A stretch of 64,000 nucleotides of DNA from Bacteroidales bacterium (GCA_016934395.1 JAFGSZ010000030.1:4089-68088); one strand, 5' to 3'; counted from the first letter of the stretch, positions 28,444 to 38,212 are shown. Notes: generated by a model from the letters alone, not told the origin. Numbers and translations: made by a program.

Positions 28444-28511
28444 ATGTGAGAATGATGTAAGTAATATGTTTAATTGTATAACACATCCCTTATTCAACAG
28501 CAGTACCTTTA
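28444..28511 (+). promoter_or_regulatory. Composite stress-island promoter copy P2
   Basis: ATGTGAGAATGATGTAAGTAATATGTTTAATTGTATAAC, 21-nt spacer, TACCTTTA. The cupin ATG lies 26 nt after the box. Confidence 0.7.
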
Positions 28512-28537
28512 TTGTTCTTATTGTTATAGTATAACAC

Positions 28538-28888
28538 ATGCAAACGGCTGAAATTGAAAAATCGAAAACGCATATTATGATCGAAATAATCGAATATGTT
28601 CCTAATTCGGTTGTCACTAAAACTATAATCAGAAAAACAACCGGAAATATAAGTGTTGTTGCCATTGATACCGGAGAAATGGTGGCTGAGAAGATTTCTC
28701 CTTTTGATACCTTCATTCAAATCATTGAAGGTAAAGCAGACGTAATAATCGATAAAAAATCGAATAAACTTCAAACTGGCGAAGCCATTATAATACCTGC
28801 CCACACATCCAATTCAGTAAGAGCCGATGAACGGTTCAAAATGATTTCCACTATTATTAAAAGCGGTTATGAAGAGGGTTTAATATAA
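28538..28888 (+). CDS. Cupin-domain protein
   Basis: 116 aa. FIQIIEGKADVIID...GEAIIIPAHTSNSV is a cupin beta-barrel pattern. Confidence 0.75.
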   Translation: MQTAEIEKSKTHIMIEIIEYVPNSVVTKTIIRKTTGNISVVAIDTGEMVAEKISPFDTFIQIIEGKADVIIDKKSNKLQTGEAIIIPAHTSNSVRADERFKMISTIIKSGYEEGLI

Positions 28889-28934
28889 AACTGGGAGTTA
28901 AAAACGGGAATAGTTATTTCTAATACATAATAAA

Positions 28935-29063
28935 ATGTCAAAAGAAAAAGAAGGTAAAGAAAAGAATAAAGCAAATAAAAAAATACCGCTAAAAAACCTG
29001 AAAGAAAAAAGGGCTGCAAAAGCGGCCAAACGAGCTGTGAAAAATAATGAAAGTAAAATATAG
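28935..29063 (+). CDS. Possible 42-aa lysine-rich peptide (MSKEKEGKEKNKANKKIPLKNLKEKRAAKAAKRAVKNNESKI)
   Basis: My own translation; too short for the track. Low complexity and no homology evidence. Listed only because it sits between the cupin and the GT cluster. Confidence 0.25.
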   Translation: MSKEKEGKEKNKANKKIPLKNLKEKRAAKAAKRAVKNNESKI

Positions 29064-29181
29064 GTTGTAATAGGGCACTTATTTTTCTGTATGCTTTGTT
29101 TTCAATAGAAGAATCCTATTCTGAAAGGTATACTTTTTTATTTGTTCTAAATATTAACATGAAAAACCTAAAATATTCCAA

Positions 29182-31431
29182 GTGAAATTAGCTTTTATTG
29201 GTACCTACCCACCTCGTGAATGTGGCATTGGCACATTTACAAATAACCTGTTCAAATCCATGTTAGGTAATAATGGAGGAAGGAGAAACAGTTATGAAGG
29301 TTTTATAGTGGCATTAAGTGATAATAATATTGTTTATGAATACCCGCAGGAAGTAAAACATATTATCAGACAGGAACAACAGGGTGACTATTTAAAAGCG
29401 GTAAGATTTATCAACCTGAGCGGCGCAGATCTTTGTATCCTGGAACATGAATTTGGTATTTTTGGTGGTCAAAGCGGAGTATACATCCTTCCGTTGTTAC
29501 ACAGATTGGAAATCCCTCTTATAGTTACGCTGCATACTATTCTTAAAGCCCCTTCATATAACGAAAAGGCTGTTTTGCAGGAAATATGCAAAATGGCAAG
29601 CAAAATTGTGGTGATGAGCCATAAAGCTATTGATTTTCTGGTGGGCATCTATAAAGTGCCGAAAAACAAAATTATTTTTATCGAACATGGTGTGCCTGAT
29701 ATTCATTTTAACAGGGAAAAATCTAGAAATGAGTTTAAACTGGAAAGTAAAAAGGTACTACTTACTTTTGGATTTATAGGGCGTAATAAGGGAATTGAGA
29801 CGGTAATCAACGCAATGCCCAAAGTTGTTGCAAAACATCCCGAAGTGGTGTACATCGTTTTGGGTAAAACTCATCCTAATGTACTTCGACATTCCGGTGA
29901 GGAATACCGGATTTTTCTAATGCGGCTGGTCAAAAATTTACATCTGGAAAAACATGTAATATTTCTTAACGAATTTATTGATGAGCCGGACTTATTCAAA
30001 TACCTGAGCGCTTCAGATATTTATATTACCCCTTATTTGAACGAATCCCAAATTACAAGCGGAACGCTATCATATGCAGTTGGTGTAGGTTCGGCTGTAA
30101 TTTCAACACCGTATTGGCATGCAGAAGAATTGCTGGCAGATGGAAGAGGAAGGCTTTTTAATTTTAATGATGCTGTCCAACTAACCAACACACTAATAGA
30201 ACTCCTTGACAATCCTGAGGAGCTAAATAAAATTAAAATAAAAGCCTATGATTATGGCCGAAAGATTACCTGGCCGAAAACTGGCGAAAAGTATGTTGCG
30301 TTAACTGAAGATATTTTAGAGGAGGGACAAAATATTGTTGAAAAGAAGGATACGGATTTAGATCTGCTTATACTTCCCCCATTTTCTTTAACTCATATCA
30401 ATCGGTTAACAGATGATACAGGAATCATTCAACATGCAAAATTTGGAATTCCTAACTTAAAAGAAGGGTATTGTCTGGATGATAATGCGAGAGCTTTGCT
30501 AATGGTTTTAATGGCTTACAGGCAAATGAAGGATATGCGGGCCCTTGAACTATCGCCGGTTTATTTAAGCTATATCCATTACATGCAAAACCCGGATGGG
30601 ACGTTTAGGAATTTCCTGAGTTTTAGCAGAAACTTCCTGGACGAGGTGGGCTCTGAAGATTCTTTTGGCCGCACCATATGGGCATTAGGATATTTACTTG
30701 GAAATGCCCCCAATGATGCGTATTACCAGACAGGGCGACTGGTTTTTTTTAATGCATCGCCCAATTTTGAAAAATTAAAATCAATCAGAAGCATTGCCAA
30801 TACCATAATTGGAATAAGTTATTACCTTAAAAGCAACCCATCGGACGATTCCATGACTGAAAGGTTGAGAAACCTGGCGCACAAATTAATTAAACATTAT
30901 TACGATAATGAAAGCCCCGATTGGAAATGGTTCGAATCCCTGCTCGCCTATGATAATGGTATTTTGCCTTTAGCTTTGCTGCATTCATCTGAAATACTCA
31001 ACGACAGAAATATTACGGAGATAGCCATCAATTCCATGAACTTTCTGACAAAGCATACGCTTAAAGACAATTACCTGTCAATTATTGGAAATGAAAAATG
31101 GTTCACGAAAGAGGGTGAACGTTCCATTTTTGCGCAACAACCCATAGACGCCATGGCCATGGTTTTAATGTATCACCAGGCTTTTCATTTAACAAAAGAC
31201 AAAGACTACCTTAATAAGCTTTATACTTCATTTTTATGGTTCCTGGGTGAAAATGACCTGAGAATGAGCTTGTATGATTTTGAAACTAAAGGCTGTTGCG
31301 ATGGATTTGAAAGTTATGGTGTAAATCGTAATCAGGGAGCCGAAAGTTCATTGGCATATTTAATCTCTCATTTAATTGTTTTACAGGCATATGAAGAATT
31401 TCATGAACATGATATAAAGACTGAGTATTAA
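29182..31431 (+). CDS. GT4-family glycosyltransferase with a ~360-aa C-terminal extension (alpha-helical, glycosidase-like)
   Basis: GTG start gives MKLAFIGTYPPRECGIGTF, a typical GT4 N-terminus, followed by an E-x7-E region. No signal peptide. Confidence 0.8.
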   Translation: MKLAFIGTYPPRECGIGTFTNNLFKSMLGNNGGRRNSYEGFIVALSDNNIVYEYPQEVKHIIRQEQQGDYLKAVRFINLSGADLCILEHEFGIFGGQSGVYILPLLHRLEIPLIVTLHTILKAPSYNEKAVLQEICKMASKIVVMSHKAIDFLVGIYKVPKNKIIFIEHGVPDIHFNREKSRNEFKLESKKVLLTFGFIGRNKGIETVINAMPKVVAKHPEVVYIVLGKTHPNVLRHSGEEYRIFLMRLVKNLHLEKHVIFLNEFIDEPDLFKYLSASDIYITPYLNESQITSGTLSYAVGVGSAVISTPYWHAEELLADGRGRLFNFNDAVQLTNTLIELLDNPEELNKIKIKAYDYGRKITWPKTGEKYVALTEDILEEGQNIVEKKDTDLDLLILPPFSLTHINRLTDDTGIIQHAKFGIPNLKEGYCLDDNARALLMVLMAYRQMKDMRALELSPVYLSYIHYMQNPDGTFRNFLSFSRNFLDEVGSEDSFGRTIWALGYLLGNAPNDAYYQTGRLVFFNASPNFEKLKSIRSIANTIIGISYYLKSNPSDDSMTERLRNLAHKLIKHYYDNESPDWKWFESLLAYDNGILPLALLHSSEILNDRNITEIAINSMNFLTKHTLKDNYLSIIGNEKWFTKEGERSIFAQQPIDAMAMVLMYHQAFHLTKDKDYLNKLYTSFLWFLGENDLRMSLYDFETKGCCDGFESYGVNRNQGAESSLAYLISHLIVLQAYEEFHEHDIKTEY

Positions 31432-31530
31432 GCCAGATACCTGCTAATAGTTAGAATAAAATACGTTGCAAATACCACTTTTGATAAACACAAATATTTT
31501 ATAACACAGGTAAAACCTTAAAATGTATAA

Positions 31531-32457
31531 ATGTTAATTAAAAGATACACGAATAATCCAATACTTACTAAAAAGGATGTGCCCTATCCGGTCGCAACGG
31601 TTCATAATGCAGCTGTAATAAAGTATGAGGGGAAATATGTTATGATATTTCGATCTCATAAACTGAATGGAAGAAGTATTCTTGGGATGGCCGAGAGCGA
31701 AGATGGCTACAATTTTAAAGTACAAAGCAAACCTTTTATGGTTCCGGCCACTGAGGGGATTTTTAAAGAATACGAAGCTTATGGTGTGGAAGATCCCAGG
31801 ATTATTCTTATGGATGGTGAATTTCTTATTACCTATAGTGCTTATTCCAGGCATGGAGTGCGTATCGGACTTGCTAAAACAAAAAATTTTAAATCGGTTG
31901 AACGTTTTTCATTAATTACAGAATCCGACTACCGGAATGTAGTAATTTTCCCTGAAAAAATTGGGGGCTTATATGCACGGCTCGACAGGCCCCATTCTGA
32001 AATATCGCCCTGGTCTATCTGGATATCCTATTCTCCCGATCTGAGGTATTGGGGCGAATCGAAACTTATTATGAAACCTCTGCAATACCACTGGGATGAG
32101 ATGAAGATAGGTCCCGGTGCCCCCCCTGTTAAAACTTCCCGTGGCTGGTTAAGTATCTATCACGGTGTATTTCCCACAATGGACGGGAGCGTTTACAGAT
32201 TGGGCGTGGCCTTGCACGATTTGAAAGATCCCTCAAAAATTATAGCTGTGGGAGATGAATGGATCCTGCAGCCCGAAGAAGTTTACGAGATTACAGGCTA
32301 TGTGCATAATGTGGTGTTTTCCTGTGGCGCTGTTCCGGAAGAAGACGGAAGTGTGAAGATATACTGGGGCGGCGCAGACAGCGTGATGTGCGCAGGTACT
32401 GCAAATCTGGAGGCTCTTGTTGATCATTGTTTAAAGAATCCACGGGCTGCAATGTAA
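31531..32457 (+). CDS. GH130-family glycoside phosphorylase/hydrolase (beta-mannoside type)
   Basis: NPILTKKDVPYP..VHNAAVIKYEGKYVMIFR, GVEDPRI, IYHGV and KIYWGGADS are hallmark GH130 blades. No signal peptide. Confidence 0.85.
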   Translation: MLIKRYTNNPILTKKDVPYPVATVHNAAVIKYEGKYVMIFRSHKLNGRSILGMAESEDGYNFKVQSKPFMVPATEGIFKEYEAYGVEDPRIILMDGEFLITYSAYSRHGVRIGLAKTKNFKSVERFSLITESDYRNVVIFPEKIGGLYARLDRPHSEISPWSIWISYSPDLRYWGESKLIMKPLQYHWDEMKIGPGAPPVKTSRGWLSIYHGVFPTMDGSVYRLGVALHDLKDPSKIIAVGDEWILQPEEVYEITGYVHNVVFSCGAVPEEDGSVKIYWGGADSVMCAGTANLEALVDHCLKNPRAAM

Positions 32458-32531
32458 CTATTTTGATTTGTTATTTAATCCCACAGGATTATAAAAAAAG
32501 CGGAATACATATCAAATGAAAATCACGAATT

Positions 32532-33545
32532 ATGAAAATCGCTGTTCTCTCATCAATAGCCTGGCGTACCCCTCCCAGAAAATATGGCCCCTGGGAACAG
32601 GTAGCTTCTAATATTGCTGAGGGAATGGTTGAACGGGGCATTGACGTAACTTTATTTGCAACCGGCGATTCGATAACAAAGGGCAAATTAGCTTCGGTTT
32701 GCAGACAACCTTATGCAGAGGATTCTTCAGCAGACCCGAAAGTTGCAGAATGTCTTCATATAAGCAATCTTATGGAACAAGCGGATCAATTTGATTTGAT
32801 TCATAACAATTTTGATTTTCTGCCGCTAAGCTATTCACGCCTTATTAATACCCCCATGATTACTACTATTCATGGCTTTTCATCACCAAAAATCCTTCCG
32901 GTATATAAAAAATATGACAGTTCAAATCATTTTGTTTCGATTAGTTATTCCGATCGCAGCCCTGAACTCGATTATATTGCCACTGTATATAATGGTATAA
33001 ATCTTTTGGATTTTACTTTTAATTCCGAACCGTTGGATTACCTGTTGTTTTTTGGCAGAATTCATCCCGAAAAGGGAGTGTTTGAGTCTATTCAGATCGC
33101 CAAAGAATCAAAAAGAAAACTGATTATTTCAGGCCTGATTCAGGATCAGGAGTATTTTAATCTGAAGGTAAAGCCCTTTATCAATAATCAAGACATAGTA
33201 TACGTGGGTAACTCAGGACCTGTTGAACGGATAAGGCTTTTAGGTGAGGCGAACGCCCTTTTGCACCCGATATGTTTTGAAGAACCTTTTGGTCTGAGTG
33301 TTGTGGAAGCCATGGCTTGCGGTACGCCCGTTATTGCATTTAACAGGGGATCTATGCCGGAAATAATCAATGATAAGAAGACAGGGTTTCTTGTCAGTAA
33401 CATTGAAGAAGCGCTGAATGCCATTGGGAAAATAAAAACAATAAACCGGAAAAATTGCAGGAACTGGGTTGCTTCTAAATTTAGTCGTGAAAAAATGATA
33501 GATGCTTATCTGGGAGTTTATAATAAGATATTAAGCAATATATAA
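32532..33545 (+). CDS. GT4-family glycosyltransferase
   Basis: MKIAVLSS...PPRKYGPWE, with a C-terminal EPFGLSVVEAMACGTPVIA motif. Confidence 0.85.
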   Translation: MKIAVLSSIAWRTPPRKYGPWEQVASNIAEGMVERGIDVTLFATGDSITKGKLASVCRQPYAEDSSADPKVAECLHISNLMEQADQFDLIHNNFDFLPLSYSRLINTPMITTIHGFSSPKILPVYKKYDSSNHFVSISYSDRSPELDYIATVYNGINLLDFTFNSEPLDYLLFFGRIHPEKGVFESIQIAKESKRKLIISGLIQDQEYFNLKVKPFINNQDIVYVGNSGPVERIRLLGEANALLHPICFEEPFGLSVVEAMACGTPVIAFNRGSMPEIINDKKTGFLVSNIEEALNAIGKIKTINRKNCRNWVASKFSREKMIDAYLGVYNKILSNI

Positions 33546-33580
33546 ATAGAGTGAATTTTAATACAAAGGATAAATATTAA

Positions 33581-33613
33581 AAAAAAACCCCGCCATTGGC
33601 GGGGTAAAATTTT
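33581..33613. terminator. Bidirectional rho-independent terminator between the convergent GT4 and csp genes
   Basis: AAAAAAA-CCCCGCC-att-GGCGGGG-TAAAATTTT: a 7-bp GC stem (33588-33594 / 33598-33604) flanked by an A-run and a T-rich run. Confidence 0.75.
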
Positions 33614-33634
33614 AAATGTTTATAGTAATCTGGA

Positions 33635-33826
33635 CTAAGCCAGTTTAACATTCACAGCATTTAATCCTTTTTTTCCTTCCTGCAGATCGAAAGTTACTTC
33701 GTCATTCTCTTGAATATCTTCTGTTAATCCAGAAGAATGTACAAAATATTCTTTAGCTGAATCTGCATCTTTAATGAATCCGAATCCTTTCGAATCATTG
33801 TAAAACTTAACTGTTCCTTTGTTCAT
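33635..33826 (-). CDS. Cold-shock protein (CspA family)
   Basis: MNKGTVKFYNDSKGFGFI...FVH contains the RNP-1/RNP-2 motifs. 63 aa. Confidence 0.9.
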   Translation of the reverse strand: MNKGTVKFYNDSKGFGFIKDADSAKEYFVHSSGLTEDIQENDEVTFDLQEGKKGLNAVNVKLA

Positions 33827-34028
33827 AATAAAAATTTAAATTAAAGGTGCAAGGTACGCTATATTTTTAACATATCTGGTTTAATAAGAAATTATTAAGA
33901 AAAATATTACAGATTGTTCAATTCATAAAATACACCCGGAAGAAAATCTACTTTATATTTTGTACAATATTAGCTCGTATTTTATAATTCCAATTACAGA
34001 TTTATTGCTCCAGGCAAAATGACTGTTT

Positions 34029-35237
34029 TTAAAATAGTCTGTAATATGATAATTCCTGCCGTATCTCATCAAAAAAGGGTGTTCTGTTTTCTTCAACACA
34101 TTTTGCGGCATACAAATAGAGTGCAGCGCTCCAGGTTTGCCAGTTTTGTCCCATAGGTTCTCCGTTTTGGGCTTTTATCCATTCGTTAAAACCATAATTA
34201 ATATTGCTCGAATTAGCAGTTTTCACTATTTGAGTAAGTAGCACAAGTTTTTTTTCTGCAAGTTTGTATCGCTTGGCTGCAACTAATGCAGCTATGTAAA
34301 TTCCGCAAATGAAAGGCCATATTCCACCGTTATGATATTCACCCGGATTATTATATTTGGCATCTCTTACTTGCCAATCCGGATCTTCTGGCCTAATAAA
34401 CGGGAATAAATTGGGGGGTAGGTTAACAGCAAGCTCACCTCTTTCTATCATGTTTGCACATTCTTCTTCGATCCAGGAAATCATTTCCTCGGCCCTTGAT
34501 GGTGATGCTATTCCCGAGAGTATAGCAAGGCTGTTGCCAAGCAGGTCGAAACGTTCGCTGCTGTGAATTTTATAAGACCAAAACGCGTAGTATGGCTTAT
34601 GTTTTACAACAAGTCCCTCATGTACATGACGATGCATGGTCCCTCCCGTAATTGTAAAACGGCTCATATCATGCCGCATTCTTTCTGCCCTTTCGTGCTT
34701 GTTAAGGATACGGAGATAGCTATAAACCAGGGTATTTACATACAAACCATATCCGGTTACCCATTGCTCGTCACGCCAGTCGCTGGTAGGTTGCTGAGCA
34801 ACCAGGTACCGGTCTGAAGGACTTTGATATTCCATCCAGGTCAGGGCCTTTTCCACCGCATCGTAAAGAAAATCAGGTTCATTAGTTGCTTTTCTATAAA
34901 TGCCGGTGCCCAATAAAAAAAGTGGTGTAGTATCACTGGCACCACGGTCGTCTTTGTCGTGTACCAACGAAGTAATATGGCCGCGTTCTGTCTGGTTTAG
35001 GGCCAGTGTATTCAGTACTTTTCGGATGCTTTCCTTTAGTTTTTGATTATCTGAAACCGCAATACCTAAAATTGAAAACATTAAGTCCCTGGTATAAGGT
35101 TCCGGATATCCCCATCCGGCAGTTCGTGGAAGTCCTTGGTAGGGTCCATGGGCATTGTGCATTAGAACTTCTTGAGCGGCTTTCTTTGCTTCTTCTATTT
35201 CTTGCCGGTTTGTAGATTGCATGGATTTATTTCTCAA
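34029..35237 (-). CDS. Six-hairpin glycosidase, GDE_C / GH100-invertase-like
   Basis: PYTRD, DRGASDTTPLF, GEYHNGGIWPF and QNWQTWSAALY match the amylo-alpha-1,6-glucosidase / neutral-invertase type (alpha/alpha)6 barrel. No signal peptide. Confidence 0.75.
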   Translation of the reverse strand: MRNKSMQSTNRQEIEEAKKAAQEVLMHNAHGPYQGLPRTAGWGYPEPYTRDLMFSILGIAVSDNQKLKESIRKVLNTLALNQTERGHITSLVHDKDDRGASDTTPLFLLGTGIYRKATNEPDFLYDAVEKALTWMEYQSPSDRYLVAQQPTSDWRDEQWVTGYGLYVNTLVYSYLRILNKHERAERMRHDMSRFTITGGTMHRHVHEGLVVKHKPYYAFWSYKIHSSERFDLLGNSLAILSGIASPSRAEEMISWIEEECANMIERGELAVNLPPNLFPFIRPEDPDWQVRDAKYNNPGEYHNGGIWPFICGIYIAALVAAKRYKLAEKKLVLLTQIVKTANSSNINYGFNEWIKAQNGEPMGQNWQTWSAALYLYAAKCVEENRTPFFDEIRQELSYYRLF

Positions 35238-35299
35238 ATATTATTTAATGTAAATGTTTATTTCTTTTTGGGATGGTAATAAAATATTTATTTTGGCCG

Positions 35300-36442
35300 T
35301 TATATTATTCCTAATTTTTCGTTTATTATTTGAACAAAACGTTTTGCAACCACACGGTAGTCAAAATTTTTTACAACACGCTCCCGGCCTGCTTTACCCA
35401 TTTTTTCGCGCAAAGCTTCATCGCCCATAAGCAGCAACAGATACTTGGCAATATCATGAACATTAGCCCGGTAATCCACAGTGCGGGGCTTTTTAAAAAT
35501 TATATTATGTTTATCTTCAAAGCCCGATTCATCGCCAAGTATTACCTGGTTCACTGCAATTTTCTGAGCCACCTTTGCAAGAAATGCCGTTTCGTTATGT
35601 ATAAGCGTATCCAGCATACCCATAGCCTTAATTCCTATAACCGGTTTTTCGCATGCCCCGGCTTCAATCTGCGGCATACCGAATCCCTCAAGTCTTGAAG
35701 GGGCTGCATAAATATCGCATGCACCGATCAGGTACGGCATAAAATTTCGTGAAATCGTATTGGTGGCATAAGTCACATTATTTTTAATGCCTAATTGTGT
35801 TGCAATTTCCAGGTCGGCAAGGTTTTGAATTTTGGTCCGGGGTTGAGGCCATACTTTACAAACATATTTCCAATCGGGCGCTTTGGTATCAATAATTGCA
35901 AGGGCCTGCATTACTTCCTGCGCCCCTTTAGATGCAGCGTCTCCGCCAACTGTAAGAATCATAATCTGATCGGGAGGAATACCGAGAGCATCACGTACGG
36001 CCTGGATTTTTGGGTTGTCTTTACTAAAGGGGATAAAGGCATCCGTATTGCAGCCTACCGGCAACACTTCAATTTTATCACTATTAATCCCATCGCGGAC
36101 ATACATCTCCTTAACCCAGTTCGATGTTACCAGTATAAGGGGCAGGGCATTTAAAACTTCCTGGTAGTTTGCTATATATCCGTCGGCTACCAGCCATGGT
36201 ACCGGCTGCACACCATAGCGCTGCGGATGAAGTACCAATTGAGGTGTGTGTCCCCAATACCCTACACCTACAACAACATCTGGTTCAAACCAGCGATAGT
36301 ACCATTCTTTTTCCTGTGCTGATTCGAAATGTACAGCATGCGTATCAACACCCAGTTCAGAAAGTCCTTTAAATAATAAATCTCCCTGGGTTGCCAGCCC
36401 TCCGGGAGAAGGGGGGTAATCATATAATACCAGTACTTTCAT
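35300..36442 (-). CDS. GT4-family glycosyltransferase
   Basis: MKVLVLYDYPPSPGGLATQ, and C-terminal EGFGMPQIEAGACEKPVIG. Confidence 0.85.
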   Translation of the reverse strand: MKVLVLYDYPPSPGGLATQGDLLFKGLSELGVDTHAVHFESAQEKEWYYRWFEPDVVVGVGYWGHTPQLVLHPQRYGVQPVPWLVADGYIANYQEVLNALPLILVTSNWVKEMYVRDGINSDKIEVLPVGCNTDAFIPFSKDNPKIQAVRDALGIPPDQIMILTVGGDAASKGAQEVMQALAIIDTKAPDWKYVCKVWPQPRTKIQNLADLEIATQLGIKNNVTYATNTISRNFMPYLIGACDIYAAPSRLEGFGMPQIEAGACEKPVIGIKAMGMLDTLIHNETAFLAKVAQKIAVNQVILGDESGFEDKHNIIFKKPRTVDYRANVHDIAKYLLLLMGDEALREKMGKAGRERVVKNFDYRVVAKRFVQIINEKLGII

Positions 36443-37083
36443 ATTGAAACTCCTCCGTTTTTAAGCCATTTTTTAGCATGATAGGTACTTCTAAATTGCC
36501 AGAATGCTTCTGCACGCGGGGTTGTTAATGCTTCAAAACTACTTTTTTCAAATCCGTATGTATCAGTAATTATGTTGTATTTTCTAAGCCATATACGTTT
36601 TGTAAGTGTCCGGTAAACAGAAGCGCTTTCGACAGGTTTGGGATAATATTCCTTCTTACCGTCTTCATAGGCAAAAGTCCATAGTTCACTTCCGAATATT
36701 TTACCCGCATTCCAGAGTTTGATAATTGCTTTTCCGGCTTCTTCATGTCTTATGTGTCTTGTGTATTCCCCGCTTGGATTATGGGAAATTACCAGGTCAA
36801 AATGCTTTGATGGTAATAAATTCAGTATGACATCTTCAACTTCTTTTTCTTCCAGGGGTTTTTGATCAGGGCCATCGTCAAGGTCACCCATAACACCATC
36901 TGACTTAAGAACTTTTAAAGCGTTGTAAAACCTGGGTGCGCGGTCTTTATCACTTCCCCTGCATAAACAAACGATAAACCATTGCCAGGAAGGATGGCTA
37001 AGTATAGTTCCGCCGGCCCACAAGGTTTCATCATCGGGGTGAGCGACAATAACAGCAACTGATTTTGCAGTTAATTTTCCCAT
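36439..37083 (-). CDS. PIG-L/LmbE-family N-acetylglucosaminyl deacetylase
   Basis: VAHPDDETLWAGG motif. 4-nt overlap with the downstream GT4 gene. Confidence 0.85.
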   Translation of the reverse strand: MGKLTAKSVAVIVAHPDDETLWAGGTILSHPSWQWFIVCLCRGSDKDRAPRFYNALKVLKSDGVMGDLDDGPDQKPLEEKEVEDVILNLLPSKHFDLVISHNPSGEYTRHIRHEEAGKAIIKLWNAGKIFGSELWTFAYEDGKKEYYPKPVESASVYRTLTKRIWLRKYNIITDTYGFEKSSFEALTTPRAEAFWQFRSTYHAKKWLKNGGVSI

Positions 37084-37269
37084 AATTAATTACGCAGGGA
37101 TGGATTTAAACCAGGTTATAAATTTCTTATCTCGCCTATTGAGTATAATTTATACCTGTTTTCAAAAACATTTAAATGGAATATAGTTTTAAGCATAAGA
37201 ATAGAAGTTAATATACTGCTTGAATTATCACCATTTGGAATGGCAAATTCAGGCTTAAATTTTCAAATA

Positions 37270-37641
37270 TTAATTTTTATTATCTTTTCTTTCCAAAGGC
37301 ACGTTTCCGGCCATATCTCCAATAATATTTTTAAGTTCGGTCCCTGATGGAATAACAATTTTTTCATTTTCGGCTTTCACCCTGAAATATACCTGGGCAT
37401 TCACGCTTGCGTTCAGATTATTCTTGGTAATTATTTCCTGGGGCCCGGCATCTACCTTCTGCTCAGTTACATTTACCATAAATATCCGGTCAATAACAGG
37501 AATGATCCAATGAAACCCCGGATTAGCAAGTTTATGGTATTTTCCAAGTCGTTCTATAAGGCCTCTTTGAGTAGGCCTTACAATTCTGATCCTAATAAGA
37601 AATATGATTACAGCGGGAATTAATATATACAAATAGTTCAT
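37270..37641 (-). CDS. SPFH/band-7 domain protein, unusually short (123 aa; possibly internally deleted)
   Basis: TM anchor plus IVRPTQRGLIERLGKYHKLANPGFHWIIPVIDR (a typical SPFH N-terminus). The protein ends about 60 aa later. Confidence 0.6.
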   Translation of the reverse strand: MNYLYILIPAVIIFLIRIRIVRPTQRGLIERLGKYHKLANPGFHWIIPVIDRIFMVNVTEQKVDAGPQEIITKNNLNASVNAQVYFRVKAENEKIVIPSGTELKNIIGDMAGNVPLERKDNKN

Positions 37642-37680
37642 TTTATTTATTTTAGTACGTAAGATTAATAGGATAACGGG

Positions 37681-37866
37681 CTAAAGTTTTGCTATTATTT
37701 CCTGCATTTCTTGTTTTGTTTTGTGAAGTTTATACTCTATCATTCTCAACATTTTTTCTTCTTTACCCTTTTCATATTGTAAATCGGATTCTGTTAATTG
37801 AGGATATTTTTTTCTGAGCCTGGTTTGCAGTTCAGTTATGTTTTGGTAGCTAAAAATTGAGTCCAT
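37681..37866 (-). CDS. CsbD-like small stress protein
   Basis: 61 aa. ...LTESDLQYEKGKEEKMLRMIEYKLHKTKQEMQEIIAKL parallels the clearer CsbD paralog at 60173-60358. Confidence 0.7.
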   Translation of the reverse strand: MDSIFSYQNITELQTRLRKKYPQLTESDLQYEKGKEEKMLRMIEYKLHKTKQEMQEIIAKL

Positions 37867-37933
37867 GATGTTACAAGGATGTACGGATAAGGAAAACGTT
37901 CACTATTTTTTTAATGTAAAACAGTAGTGTTTA

Positions 37934-38095
37934 TCATTTCTTTGATAATTGTTTACCAAATATTATCCTGACGAGAATAATGAATCCTGCTACACCAAGA
38001 AGAATATGGACCATACCGGAAGCATTAAAGCTTAAAAAAATAATTGCCCATATTACAATAAGTAACCCGGCAATAATGTACAGTGAATTTTTCAT
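37934..38095 (-). CDS. lmo0937-family small membrane protein (53 aa)
   Basis: My translation: MKNSLYIIAGLLIVIWAIIFLSFNASGMVHILLGVAGFIILVRIIFGKQLSKK. Two TM helices with the IH.LL core. Too short for the track. 49 nt downstream of promoter copy P3. Confidence 0.7.
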   Translation of the reverse strand: MKNSLYIIAGLLIVIWAIIFLSFNASGMVHILLGVAGFIILVRIIFGKQLSKK

Positions 38096-38144
38096 GTTTT
38101 TAAAATTTTACTGAAGTTTAAAAATCAAGTTTAATACCTTTTTA

Positions 38145-38212
38145 TAAAGGTACTTCGAGCGTTTACGCAAAGTATTACATAATTCAGGATAAGAGTTACA
38201 TCATTCACACGT
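38145..38212 (-). promoter_or_regulatory. Composite stress-island promoter copy P3
   Basis: Gene-oriented: ACGTGTGAATGATGTAACTCTTATCCTGAATTATGTAAT, 21-nt spacer, TACCTTTA. Drives the lmo0937-like gene, the CsbD-like gene and (probably) the SPFH gene. Confidence 0.8.

Noticed and set aside
37870-37903. Motif-like string GTTACAAGGATGTACGGATAAGGAAAACGTTCAC immediately upstream of the CsbD-like gene at 37866
   Set aside because: It abuts the start codon, leaving no room for a spacer, -7 box or leader, and it lacks the CATTCACAC core. It is more likely a decayed remnant, with the gene co-transcribed from P3.
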